IMG/VR virus record: IMGVR_UViG_3300050194_000024
Coordinates: 1-40,901 of that record
Direction: 5' to 3' (one strand)
Origin: a virus
Lineage: Duplodnaviria > Caudoviricetes
DNA: 40,901 nt
The position numbers and the translations under genes were made by a program. Shown one piece after another: positions 16,208-25,447 of this stretch. Numbering within the stretch: the stretch's first letter is position 1; the number at the start of each line of letters is the position of its first letter. The notes under the pieces are model-generated. The model made no database searches and was not told the DNA's origin. It saw nothing but the letters and a program-made list of their open reading frames with translations.

Positions 16208-17179
16208 TTACTGCCCAGGTGTCTCACACTCGATGGCGCAAGTGTAGCCGGAATCAGTTATCCGATGAGCAACCGTTATCACCGACCAAGCACCATCAAC
16301 GCCATCCCTAAAACCGTTAGCCTGCAGCGTTGCTTCGGCCGCAAGCGTTGGATCACCGGGCATGTTGCTGATGCTGAACTTGTCCTTCCCACGCTGCAGC
16401 GCCTTGTGCTTCGACTTTGCGGCACGCTGGGCGGCGGCCTTGGTCGGGTAGGTGTGCGGCAGGTTGTGGGTATTGTCCCCGTCTTCGCCCTCAATGGCCT
16501 CCCCCCGTTGGGCGGTTTGCGTGTCGTGGTAGACAGCTTTCACGCCTTTGTAGTTGCCGCGCTCAGTCAGGGTCATCGACCAGTCAGTGGTGGACGTGCA
16601 CTGCACCGTGATCGTCGGCATGGCCTGGCCGCTGACGGTCTTTCCCTCGCCCGTGGGCGCGATCACCAGGCGCCCGCCTGCGACCTTCGCCACGGCGCCA
16701 TTGTCAGTGGCCAGGCGCGAGAGAAACTGCAGATCGTTCTCATGCTGGTCGATGTGCAGGATCTCGATGTCGGCAATCTCTTTGCTGATCGCAGGCTTCC
16801 AGCCGTGCTTGGCCGCGATGCTGGTGGCGATCTTGCCCACCGTGGTGTCATCCCAACTTACCTCTTTGGCAGCGCCTGATCCCTTGCTGGCGCCCACGGC
16901 ATTGCCGCGCAGGGTCATGTGGCGCTCGGGCCCGGTCACTTCGATTTCCTCGATGGTGAACTGGCCCTTGCTCACCAGGCGCGTGTCGTAGCCCAGCAGC
17001 ACCTCCATCGTGGCGCCACGGGGCGGGATGGCCAGGCGCTGATCTCGGTCATCAAGCACCAGGTCGACGCGGTCGGATTTCACGCCAGCCTCGTCGGTCA
17101 CCGTGAGCGACACCAGCCGGTCATTGATGATGCCCGTGATGTCTGAGCCGTTCACCAGAATGCGAAAGGCAGGCTTCAT
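16208..17179 (-). CDS. P2 gpD-like tail hub / late control D protein
   Basis: MKPAFRILVNG.DIT..I.DRL.SL.VTDEAG.KSD.V.L.LDDRD...HIDQ..E.DL.FL.RLA. Confidence 0.92.
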   Translation of the reverse strand: MKPAFRILVNGSDITGIINDRLVSLTVTDEAGVKSDRVDLVLDDRDQRLAIPPRGATMEVLLGYDTRLVSKGQFTIEEIEVTGPERHMTLRGNAVGASKGSGAAKEVSWDDTTVGKIATSIAAKHGWKPAISKEIADIEILHIDQHENDLQFLSRLATDNGAVAKVAGGRLVIAPTGEGKTVSGQAMPTITVQCTSTTDWSMTLTERGNYKGVKAVYHDTQTAQRGEAIEGEDGDNTHNLPHTYPTKAAAQRAAKSKHKALQRGKDKFSISNMPGDPTLAAEATLQANGFRDGVDGAWSVITVAHRITDSGYTCAIECETPGQ

Positions 17180-17180
17180 G

Positions 17181-17393
17181 TCAGTCCCACAGGTTGATGA
17201 CCGTTTCGGCCAGCGCCGGCTTGGTCAACTCGGGCAGCGTGATGGCCAGGCCTGCGGGCAGCGTTGGGCCGTAAGCGCCAATGCCTGGGTTAGCCTCCAG
17301 CACCGCCTCGACCGTGCCGCCACGCTCGGTGCCGTAGTGCTTCCAGCAGATGTAATCGATGCGGTCACCCTGCCGGGTTGTGTACTCAGACAT
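17181..17393 (-). CDS. P2 gpX-like tail protein
   Basis: YTT.QGD.ID.ICW.HYG...VEAVLEANPG...LPAG..I.LP...LWD. Confidence 0.93.
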   Translation of the reverse strand: MSEYTTRQGDRIDYICWKHYGTERGGTVEAVLEANPGIGAYGPTLPAGLAITLPELTKPALAETVINLWD

Positions 17394-18507
17394 TGATCTT
17401 CCCCATCAGGCTTGATGCCTGATCCATGGCCGAAATGAACCCGGACAGCATGGTGTTGGCCGAACGGCTCACGTTGCCCAGGGTGGCCGCGGCCGTCAGC
17501 CGGTCGGTGTCGTTCACACCCGCTGTGTGGCCATGGCTGCTCGCGGCTGCGTAGCTCGATGCCACGCCACCACCGGCCACGGATGCCAGTGTCTGGCCTG
17601 TCTGAGACAGCGTGCGCAGGGCGCGTGCAGCATCGCGAACGCTGCCGGGCGAATTCTTGATCACCTCGATGGTGGTGCGCACTTCTCGCCAGGTGTCCAC
17701 CGCCGTGTTGGCCGCGCTGATCAGCGATTTGGCGGACTGGATGGCGCTCGATGCGGTGGCGGCCAGCGCTGCGGCGTTGGTGCTCGCGAGTGCCGCCTGG
17801 ACGTTGGCCTTGGCCGTGCCCACCACGTTCATGGCAGCGTCACCCGCAGCCGACAGCGATGCTGCCGCGGCGTTCACATCAGCCGTGGGGCTCACCAGGG
17901 TGATCGCGGGCAGGCTTGCAATGCTGGACGCCGACTGCGTGAGTGGCAGCTGCAGCGAGGCCGGAATGCTAGAGCCCAGGATTCCGGTGATGATCGATGT
18001 CAGCCGGCCGGTGGACGTGCCCGCATCCTCGCCATAGGCGACCAGCGACATGCTGAACTCGATGCGCTTGGGCAGGCCTTCCCGGGTCAACTCGGTGCGG
18101 CCTTCCTTGATCGATCGGATGCACCACAGGCCGCAATACTGGCCCACGGTTTCAAAGGCGTAGATCAACGGCAGGGGAACGCCACGGGCTGCAGCATCTC
18201 GCATCAAGGCAAGCTGCGACATCCCCCCACGGAAGTGCGGCACGATCACGCCCGACAACTCGATGGTGTCGTCATCCAGGCCGGTGAACTGCTGGGCGCT
18301 GGCTCGGCCGATGCGCTTGATGCCCTGCCACCGAAATGCGGTGTCACGCTGCAGCGACTGGAAGGCGGCCGTGTCCAGGCTGAACATGTAGTCGCCCAGC
18401 TTCGCCATGTAGGTGCCACCCGCGGTGGTCTGGCGGGCCTTGGCAAGGATCGTGGGCGAGGCCAGGCCACCGGCCGTGCCCACGAAAAAACTGTTATCCA
18501 GTGGCAT
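17386..18507 (-). CDS. P2 gpU-like tail protein with long Ala/Ser-rich C-terminal extension
   Basis: M.LG.Y.F.L.TAA.Q.L.R...RW....RIGR..A.QF.G...I.L.G...G.W.I..I.E...G.P.RIEF...L..YGED. Confidence 0.85.
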   Translation of the reverse strand: MPLDNSFFVGTAGGLASPTILAKARQTTAGGTYMAKLGDYMFSLDTAAFQSLQRDTAFRWQGIKRIGRASAQQFTGLDDDTIELSGVIVPHFRGGMSQLALMRDAAARGVPLPLIYAFETVGQYCGLWCIRSIKEGRTELTREGLPKRIEFSMSLVAYGEDAGTSTGRLTSIITGILGSSIPASLQLPLTQSASSIASLPAITLVSPTADVNAAAASLSAAGDAAMNVVGTAKANVQAALASTNAAALAATASSAIQSAKSLISAANTAVDTWREVRTTIEVIKNSPGSVRDAARALRTLSQTGQTLASVAGGGVASSYAAASSHGHTAGVNDTDRLTAAATLGNVSRSANTMLSGFISAMDQASSLMGKINV

Positions 18508-18515
18508 GGTGATCC

Positions 18516-20807
18516 TCAGTAGGCGGGGTTGCCGAACATGCTGGAGCGCTGCTCAGCGGCCTTCTGCTTTTCATGCAGGCGGATCGTTCGCATGATCTGG
18601 TCGGCCGCCTCGGCGCTGCCCGCTTCGGGCCCCGCATTCACGGTCAGATTGTAGGTGTTCTGGTTCGTGATGTTGGGGCGCTGCTGCACGGCCGTGACCG
18701 CCTTGCTGGCTGAGTCACTGGCTGCCTGGGCTGCGGTTGCTGCCTCGGCTGCAGCCTTGGCCGCGGCATCAGGGGTGCCGCCCCCACCTGTCATGCGGTT
18801 GAATGCGCCAGACAGGAACGACCCTGCCGACATGTAGCGCGAGGCCTCGAAATAGTTGCCCTTGTCCAGGGCCGCCTTGCCGCGTTCTTCGTCGTTCTGC
18901 TTGAGGATACCCGTGGCCTCGCCCGCCTCAATGGCGCCCCAGGACAGCAGGCCAGCCACGCCAGCACGGCCCAGCATGCCACCACGGGCGGCCAATGCTC
19001 CACCAGCCACCCCACCCACCTTCCCAAGGACGTTCATGACGACGCCAGCTTTGCCGCCGTTGGCAATGCCAGTCACATTGCCAAGCACACCGGCCGCTGC
19101 GACTGTTGCCAGCGCGATGCCGGCGCCATAGGCCGCCGTGGCGAGCACGGGGAACTCTTTCGACACCTTTGTTACGCCATCGGCCAGCGCCTGGATGGGG
19201 CCCGAAAGAAGCTGGAAGGTGCGTTCGTTGGCCGCGTTCATGGCCTCTGCGGCTCGGGTGACTGCCGCGAAGGTTTCGCCCTTCATCCGGTCGGTAGAGT
19301 CCTGCAGCGCAGGGCCGCCATTTGCGATGTCTTCCTGCATGGCGCCAAAGCGCATGCGACCAGTTGGCTTCTTGTTGGCGTCCAGTTCGGGGTCTTTGCG
19401 GGCGAACAGCATTGCCATCGCGGCAGCGCGAGCCTGCCGGTCTTGAATGAACTGGCTCAGGGTTGAGCCAGCCATCATGTCGGACACGCGCAGCGCGATA
19501 TCGCCGCGCTCGGTTCCGGTGGCGGTCTCGGCCTGCTTCTTCAGCTTGCGATATTCAGGGTTGGCCGACAGCTTCTTGTCGGCCACTTCGGCAAACGCCT
19601 CGGCCTTAAACACACCCTTCTTGGCTCGTGCTTCCGCATACTTTTCGAAGTCAACAGAGGCGGTTTTCCTAACGTTCTTGGCGAGCTCCTGCGACGAAAG
19701 GCTGTTCAGGATGTTGATGACGTTGTTGCCCGCCTGCGAGGCATCGCCAGCAGTGTCCATGGCGATCTGATTCATTGCCATGATCGCGGCAAAGCCCTTC
19801 TTCCCGCCATAGCCTGCAGCACGTGCAGAACCCAACTGCTCCTGGATCTGGCGGGCAGCGTCCTTCAGTTCGAAGCCGCCCAACTGGCCGGCTCGGTGGG
19901 CCATGTTCAGGGCATCACCCCCGTCAAGGCCGAAGTTCTTTGCCTTCAGGTAAATGTTGGCGATCTCAGCGCCCGATGTGCCACCACCAAGGATGCCTTG
20001 GCCGATCTTCGGAAGCGCGTCTGTGGCCTCTCGGATCGACATGTTTCCAGTGGCGATCAGGGTATTCAGCGCTGCTGCGAACTCATCACGGGATCCGCCG
20101 CCCGTAGCATCAATGGCCTTCTGGACAGCGGCCGAAAGCTGCGACTTGGCATCCTTGTAGCCAGATGCTCCCTTGCCAACGGAGGCGGTGTCAGCCAGGC
20201 GGGCAATCTGTTCCTCGTAGGGCAAGGCCTTCCGGCCAGCGGCGCCCAGCACGGCCCCGGCTGCCGTGACACCCACAGCCGCCTTCTCGATGCCAGACCA
20301 CAGCTTGGCGATGCCTTGCGTCGTGCGCTGCTGTCGCGCCAGTGACTTCTCGGCCCGCTCGTGCGCAGCCTGGGCCAGGTTCAGTTGCTTGGTCAGGCGC
20401 TCATGCTCGGCCGTCAGCTTTCCGGTGTTGACGCCCGCCTTCTGCAGGGCCGCACCCATCTCGGCCAGCTGCTGGCGCTCTTTCGAGAATGCGGCCCCAG
20501 CCTTGTCGGTGGCACGCTCCAGGCGGGCCAGGTCTGCCGCCTGCTTTCGAGTTGGTGCGCCCTGGGCGGCCACAGCCTCGCGGAACTGGTCGGCCTTGGC
20601 CTTGGCTGCCTGCCATGAATACCCGGCCTGCTTGACGGCTTCCTGCTGCTTCTTGAAGCCGTCGATGCTGCCAATCTTCTTGTTCAGTTCCTGGGCGCTC
20701 TTGCCCAGCGTTGCCATGCGCTTGTCGGCGGCGGTGAACGCCTGCACGAAGTCCTTGCCAAGCGAGGCAACAATCGACACCTGAACTTGCGAGCGGGCTT
20801 GGGACAT
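18516..20807 (-). CDS. Tail tape measure protein
   Basis: 763-aa Ala-rich helical protein after the chaperones; G..G.FELKD.A motif; start ATG 20807. Confidence 0.9.
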   Translation of the reverse strand: MSQARSQVQVSIVASLGKDFVQAFTAADKRMATLGKSAQELNKKIGSIDGFKKQQEAVKQAGYSWQAAKAKADQFREAVAAQGAPTRKQAADLARLERATDKAGAAFSKERQQLAEMGAALQKAGVNTGKLTAEHERLTKQLNLAQAAHERAEKSLARQQRTTQGIAKLWSGIEKAAVGVTAAGAVLGAAGRKALPYEEQIARLADTASVGKGASGYKDAKSQLSAAVQKAIDATGGGSRDEFAAALNTLIATGNMSIREATDALPKIGQGILGGGTSGAEIANIYLKAKNFGLDGGDALNMAHRAGQLGGFELKDAARQIQEQLGSARAAGYGGKKGFAAIMAMNQIAMDTAGDASQAGNNVINILNSLSSQELAKNVRKTASVDFEKYAEARAKKGVFKAEAFAEVADKKLSANPEYRKLKKQAETATGTERGDIALRVSDMMAGSTLSQFIQDRQARAAAMAMLFARKDPELDANKKPTGRMRFGAMQEDIANGGPALQDSTDRMKGETFAAVTRAAEAMNAANERTFQLLSGPIQALADGVTKVSKEFPVLATAAYGAGIALATVAAAGVLGNVTGIANGGKAGVVMNVLGKVGGVAGGALAARGGMLGRAGVAGLLSWGAIEAGEATGILKQNDEERGKAALDKGNYFEASRYMSAGSFLSGAFNRMTGGGGTPDAAAKAAAEAATAAQAASDSASKAVTAVQQRPNITNQNTYNLTVNAGPEAGSAEAADQIMRTIRLHEKQKAAEQRSSMFGNPAY

Positions 20808-20819
20808 ATTCAACCTATG

Positions 20820-20844
20820 AAAAACGGGGCACTCAGGCCCCGTT
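20820..20844 (-). terminator. Terminator-like hairpin between tail chaperones and tape measure
   Basis: AACGGGGC-CTGAGT-GCCCCGTT-TTT. Confidence 0.6.
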
Positions 20845-20961
20845 ACTTGCTCTGTCTGCGCGCTCGGCGGCCACATCCAGCCATTCGCGCAATTCGCTGT
20901 AGGTCATCTTGCGCAAGTCGCCGAACGGGTATCCCAGGGCGACCAGCGCATCGACCATCAT
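20833..20961 (-). CDS. GpE'-like extension of the tail assembly chaperone (-1 frameshift frame)
   Basis: MMVDALVALGYPFGDLRKMTYSELREWLDVAAERADRASNGA; in the -1 frame after the slippery site. Confidence 0.8.
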   Translation of the reverse strand: MMVDALVALGYPFGDLRKMTYSELREWLDVAAERADRASNGA

Positions 20962-21236
20962 TCGGAGGGTGCGTCCTCCGACTCGACGTTTCCCAGCGTC
21001 TCCCAATAGCGGGTCTTCAGGCGCGTCCAGTCACGGGTGCCAAGGGCGCCAATGACGCCTGGCGCCACGCCACAGGACAGCGCGAAGAAGTGCTTGTCCT
21101 GCTCAAGCGGGCCCTTGCTCTTGTGCGACTGCTCCAGGGCGATCTGCTCGTCCACGGTCAACTCACGCAGGGTCAGGCTGGTGACAGTCTGGCCGTCAAC
21201 CACGACCGGGGTCTTGAGGGTGATGCTCAAGTCCAT
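20958..21236 (-). CDS. Tail assembly chaperone (gpE-like)
   Basis: ITLKTPV.VDG..V..LTLRE.TV.....L...DW..L; follows the tube gene. Confidence 0.88.
   Translation of the reverse strand: MDLSITLKTPVVVDGQTVTSLTLRELTVDEQIALEQSHKSKGPLEQDKHFFALSCGVAPGVIGALGTRDWTRLKTRYWETLGNVESEDAPSE
20988..20994 (-). other. -1 programmed frameshift slippery heptamer G GGA AAC
   Basis: CTG GGA AAC (L-G-N) near the gpE end; the -1 frame is open into GpE'. Confidence 0.8.
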
Positions 21237-21238
21237 GC

Positions 21239-21739
21239 TCAGGCCCCCAGCGCATTGCGGATGCTGGCGATCTGATCGACGCCACCGATGATGCGCTTGA
21301 AGTTCAGGATGTCGATGTCCACAACCGTCTCACCGTCGATGATCTCGGTGTAGCGGTTGCAGTTGGCCTGAATGGTCAGGTCACCCTTCTCACCCTGCTT
21401 CCAGTCGCCGCGGCTGATCTGCTTGATGCCACCCTGCAGACGGATCTGGACGGGCACGGCTTCTTCACCCTGGCGCTGCAAGGCGCCGTAGAGCACCAGC
21501 GGGGTGCTGGCGCTGAACAGGCCAAACAGCTTGATCAGGTTGGGGTCGTACTCAGCGAACGTGATGGACACGTCCAGCTTCTCCATGCCCATGTCCAGAT
21601 CGACGGGCGAGTCCATGCCGCCCGCCTTGTATTCTTCAGACTTGACCGTCAGGTCAGGCAGCTTGCAGGTTTCGACGCGGCCGATGTAGCCGCGGCCGTC
21701 AACGCTGACACTGAAGGCTTTGATGATGCGAGGCAGCAT
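21239..21739 (-). CDS. Major tail tube protein (P2 FII-like)
   Basis: MLPR.IK.F...VDG.GY.G....LP.L..K.EEYKAGGMD.PV.LDMG.EKL...D..N..R.I.GVD. Confidence 0.95.
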   Translation of the reverse strand: MLPRIIKAFSVSVDGRGYIGRVETCKLPDLTVKSEEYKAGGMDSPVDLDMGMEKLDVSITFAEYDPNLIKLFGLFSASTPLVLYGALQRQGEEAVPVQIRLQGGIKQISRGDWKQGEKGDLTIQANCNRYTEIIDGETVVDIDILNFKRIIGGVDQIASIRNALGA

Positions 21740-21757
21740 AGTGTGGCGCTCCTATCC

Positions 21758-23281
21758 TCAAGCGAGGATTTCTTCCAAATACGAATTGACCAGGCGCGAA
21801 CGGAAGGTGACGCGCTCGGCTGGCGAGTAGGTGCTGAAATCGAAGTCGAAGATGGCGTGACCTTCGGCAATGCTGGCCGCCGTGTTCACCGTCTTGTCAG
21901 CCCAGCAGTCGCCACCAGCGATGGCGCCTTGGGTCTGCAGACGGGCCATGTAGGCCTTCACGCCACCGGCCACGTCTTCGAAGTAGGTGCGGGTGATGTT
22001 GCGATCCACGGCCCACAGGTGGGCGCGCAGGATCGACTCATTGATCATGTCAGCCGTGCGCACGCGCGACAGGAAGGCCCACTTCGGATCGATGCTGCAG
22101 GTGCGGTTGCCCCACAGGCGGAAGCCGTCCTTGCGGATGATCGTGGCCACTTCGCGCTCGTTCAGCAGGTTCGCGCGGCTGGACGTGTCGCCAAGCGTGA
22201 AATCGATCTGGCGCGAAGTGCCCAGGATGCCGAAGATCTCGTGGTTCGAAGGGCTCACCCAGAAGCCTTCCTCGTTGTCCACGCGGGCGATCAGGCCAGC
22301 GATGTGACCAGAGGCGGGCACGCTCTTGGTGCTGCCATCCTCCTGCAGCACGGTGACCCATGGGTCGACAAAGTAGATGCGCTTGCTGCCGTAGCTCTCA
22401 CGGGCTGCGATGGCGTTTGCGTCGGTGGTGCTCGGGCCGTCAGCGATGGCCACGGCGCGCAGGCGCTGGGCAATGCTCAGGAACTCGGCCACCACAGCGT
22501 TGGCCTGGCTGCCGGTGCGCTGGTGCGTCCAGCCGGGGGCGACCAGGATCTTGGGGCAAAAGCCCACGGACGATTCAGCACCAACGAGCGCCCAAGCGCC
22601 ATTGTACTGACCCGTGCCGGAATCGATGCCACCGGACACGTTCGCCAAGGTTGCGGCGTCATCGGCCCCGACAGCAACGCGCACAACAACCACCACAGCA
22701 CCGCTCTGGTCGAAGATGCCATTCATGGCGTCGGGCAGCGTGCCGGCCGTGCCCAGCTTGGATGCGAAGCGCGCATCACCAGCGACCAGCACGGGGGTGT
22801 TCAGTGGGAAGGGCTCGTCTTCGCCACCGGTCAACGATGCGGGGCGGAAGGCTGCAGCCACCACACCAGCACCAGTGCTGGCGCCAGTGTTCGCCAAGCC
22901 AACCATGGCGTTGGCCGTGGCGTTGGCCTCGATGGCGGTCTTGATCTGTGCGGCCGTGCTGGTGATGGCACCAGTGCTGCCGGTTGCCAGGCTGACCACG
23001 ATGTCCTTGCCGGTGACCACCACGGACAGCGCAGCGCTGTTCGCCTTGGGGTCTTTCAGGTGGACGGTGATGTCGTTGCCCAGAACGCCCACCATCTTGG
23101 AGGTGAACGTCAGCGCATTGTTGCTGGCAACAGTGCCAGTCAACAGCGAGGCCTTCACTTCAGGTGCGGAGTTGGGCGCGGTGCCCACGACACCGATCAC
23201 GGAGGATCGGACGGTACGAATGGGGCGGATGCCGTCGTCAACTTCGACGACCTCAACACCGTGGAGGAAGGTTTCGCTCAT
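21758..23281 (-). CDS. Contractile tail sheath protein (P2 FI-like) with ~100-aa insertion
   Basis: FLHGVEVVEV.DG.RPI.TV.S.VIG.VGTAP; GFW.SPSN; GFRLWGNRT; RTADMI. Confidence 0.95.
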   Translation of the reverse strand: MSETFLHGVEVVEVDDGIRPIRTVRSSVIGVVGTAPNSAPEVKASLLTGTVASNNALTFTSKMVGVLGNDITVHLKDPKANSAALSVVVTGKDIVVSLATGSTGAITSTAAQIKTAIEANATANAMVGLANTGASTGAGVVAAAFRPASLTGGEDEPFPLNTPVLVAGDARFASKLGTAGTLPDAMNGIFDQSGAVVVVVRVAVGADDAATLANVSGGIDSGTGQYNGAWALVGAESSVGFCPKILVAPGWTHQRTGSQANAVVAEFLSIAQRLRAVAIADGPSTTDANAIAARESYGSKRIYFVDPWVTVLQEDGSTKSVPASGHIAGLIARVDNEEGFWVSPSNHEIFGILGTSRQIDFTLGDTSSRANLLNEREVATIIRKDGFRLWGNRTCSIDPKWAFLSRVRTADMINESILRAHLWAVDRNITRTYFEDVAGGVKAYMARLQTQGAIAGGDCWADKTVNTAASIAEGHAIFDFDFSTYSPAERVTFRSRLVNSYLEEILA

Positions 23282-23353
23282 GGGTAATCCTTTGACAAGG
23301 CTGTGCCGATTCTATCACCGGCTCAATGAAAAGAAGTAGAGGCAAACGAATTG

Positions 23354-24217
23354 TCAGGGGCGCACGAAGTAACCGTCAAAGAAGCTGACCGATGCGCCGG
23401 CTGAAAACGTGTTGGTTCCAGATCCAGAGTTGGTGCCCCAAAGCTCCACGTAGTCCGTGCTGCCGTTCAGGTACACCAGGCCAGAGATCGTGACCGTCAT
23501 GCTGCTGGAGCCAGATGGCGGAATGTACGGCTGACCGTTCTTCAGCAGCGCACCGTTCTTGTAGATGTGCGCGTTCATGATCGTGCCGGATGTGGCAGCG
23601 GCACCGGACAGGCGGCCAGTGAAGAAGTAGTAGCCAGCCAAATTCGGCTGAAAGCGGAATGTCGCGTTGTCGAAGGCGCCGTCAGTGTCGAACGTCTCGG
23701 TGTTCAGCGCCATCTTGGTGGCCACACCGTTCGACACGGTTTGTGTCGCCCCGATGTAGGCTGAGAATGCTGGGCCGCCTGCCACCTGTCCTGCTGTGTG
23801 GGTGTGGCCCGTGGCAGCCTTGCCGGCCAGTGCCGTGGTGGTCGCTGCGGCATCGGCCTTGCCGGCCAGCGCTGCAGTCATCGTCGCCGCAAAGTTGGCG
23901 TCATTGCCCAGGGCCGCGGCCAGTTCGTTGATCGTGTCCAGCTGCGCGGGCGAGCTCGCCACCAGGGCGGCAATGGCGGCTTTCACGTAAGCCGTGCTGG
24001 CCGCCTTGGTGCTGTTGTCGGTCTGCGCCAGCGTCGGGATGATGGGCGAGGCGCTGAACGTCTTCACGCCGGCAATGGTCTGAGCGGCTGTCAGCAGCGC
24101 ATTGATGTCGATGTCGATGGCGTCCAGCGCTGCCATCAGGCGCAGCACATCGACGTTCAGCTTGTTGGCTGGGTCTGGCTTCTGATAGCCGCGGTTCGCG
24201 GTGGTCGGTGTCGGCAT
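23354..24217 (-). CDS. Tail fibre protein with C1q-like C-terminal domain
   Basis: N.L..DV.RL..AL..ID N-terminus; QTIAG.KTF; ASTAYV..A.AALV.SSP..LDT.NELAAALGND.NF; AFSAY...FQP..AGYY..Y.NG..DYVEL. Confidence 0.85.
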   Translation of the reverse strand: MPTPTTANRGYQKPDPANKLNVDVLRLMAALDAIDIDINALLTAAQTIAGVKTFSASPIIPTLAQTDNSTKAASTAYVKAAIAALVASSPAQLDTINELAAALGNDANFAATMTAALAGKADAAATTTALAGKAATGHTHTAGQVAGGPAFSAYIGATQTVSNGVATKMALNTETFDTDGAFDNATFRFQPNLAGYYFFTGRLSGAAATSGTIMNAHIYKNGALLKNGQPYIPPSGSSSMTVTISGLVYLNGSTDYVELWGTNSGSGTNTFSAGASVSFFDGYFVRP

Positions 24218-24229
24218 AGACCTCCCTGG

Positions 24230-25447
24230 TTACGCAGTTGCCACGGCACGCAGCTTGCGCACACGGGGGCGGTGCTGGGCCGTGCCGGTCAGAGTGATGC
24301 GCACGCGGCTCTCAGTGGCCGTGAAGCCCGTCACCGTGTAGTTGCGTTCAACCCAGCCATCGCCCACCGGTGCGCCACTGGTCAGCGTCAAGGTCTGCCA
24401 GGACAGGTCGGCCTTCTGGATCTCGACCGTCATGCCAGCCGTGCCGGGGATCAGGCACTCCATGGTGATCGACACCCGCGAAGACGTGCCCACCGGGAAT
24501 GCCCGGCTGACGTAGGTGCCCGATGCATCCTGGTCACCGGCCACGAAGCTGATGCCAGGGTAGACCACAGGGGAGGCCTTCTCGGTACCGGTGAGCGAAA
24601 CGCTCAGTGACACCGAACCATCCACGCGCACGGGCAAGGCCACCGGCTGGTCAGGCGACATGCGGTAAACCTCACCGCTCGGCGCCGTCGCCTGGATCTC
24701 TGCGCTTGCCCCGGTGGCTGGGATGTCGATGTTCAAGGCGGCCAGGAAGTCGCTGCAGTCGGCCACGGTCACGCTGCCCAGGCTGATCGTGCGCGAGGTG
24801 CCGGTGAACTTGCAGCCCAGCAGGCGAAACGCCAAATCCTTGTCCTGGTGCGCCGTCCAGGTGCTCGCGTTGCTCGATGAAAGCAGCACACCCACCTGGT
24901 AGGCCTGGCTCGTGATCCAGCGCTGGTTCGCGCTGTCGAACTTGCCCAACTCAGCCACAGCCAGGGCGGCCGTTGCGCTGTCGCTCAGGGCCACGATGGC
25001 GAATTCTCGGTTCGATTCCAGCCACACGGGGGCACCGAACAGAACGCGGGTGCTGTTGCCAGCGGCGGCAATGTCGGCGGGCTTGATGCGCTTTTCAGCG
25101 AGCACCTGCTGGCCGGGAAAGCCGTTCGCCGTGTTGCGGATCTGGATCACCACATCCTTCGTGCCGGCAGTGGTGAACCACAGATCGACGCCAGCGATGT
25201 GGCGCGACTCATTCAGCGTGAAGGTCTGCGCCAGGGGGTCGGTGCGCGTTGCCACGAACGTGCTGGTGATCGTGGTCACCTGGCGCCGCTCCTCGGTTCG
25301 GATCGTGCCCCGGCCGGTGTAGGTGGCAGTGGCGCGCTGGCCCCCACCGCCCACGGCCTGCACGGCCTTGGCCCCAGCGGGGATGCCCGCAGGGATGGTG
25401 AATTTTCCGACGACAACGCCCTGGCTGTTTGCGGTCAAGGTGGCCAT
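24230..25447 (-). CDS. Baseplate/virion structural protein (VrlC-like C-terminal part)
   Basis: G.FTIPAGIPAG.K.V; DPLAQTFTL; GVLLSSSNASTWTAHQD.DL.FRL. Confidence 0.75.
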   Translation of the reverse strand: MATLTANSQGVVVGKFTIPAGIPAGAKAVQAVGGGGQRATATYTGRGTIRTEERRQVTTITSTFVATRTDPLAQTFTLNESRHIAGVDLWFTTAGTKDVVIQIRNTANGFPGQQVLAEKRIKPADIAAAGNSTRVLFGAPVWLESNREFAIVALSDSATAALAVAELGKFDSANQRWITSQAYQVGVLLSSSNASTWTAHQDKDLAFRLLGCKFTGTSRTISLGSVTVADCSDFLAALNIDIPATGASAEIQATAPSGEVYRMSPDQPVALPVRVDGSVSLSVSLTGTEKASPVVYPGISFVAGDQDASGTYVSRAFPVGTSSRVSITMECLIPGTAGMTVEIQKADLSWQTLTLTSGAPVGDGWVERNYTVTGFTATESRVRITLTGTAQHRPRVRKLRAVATA

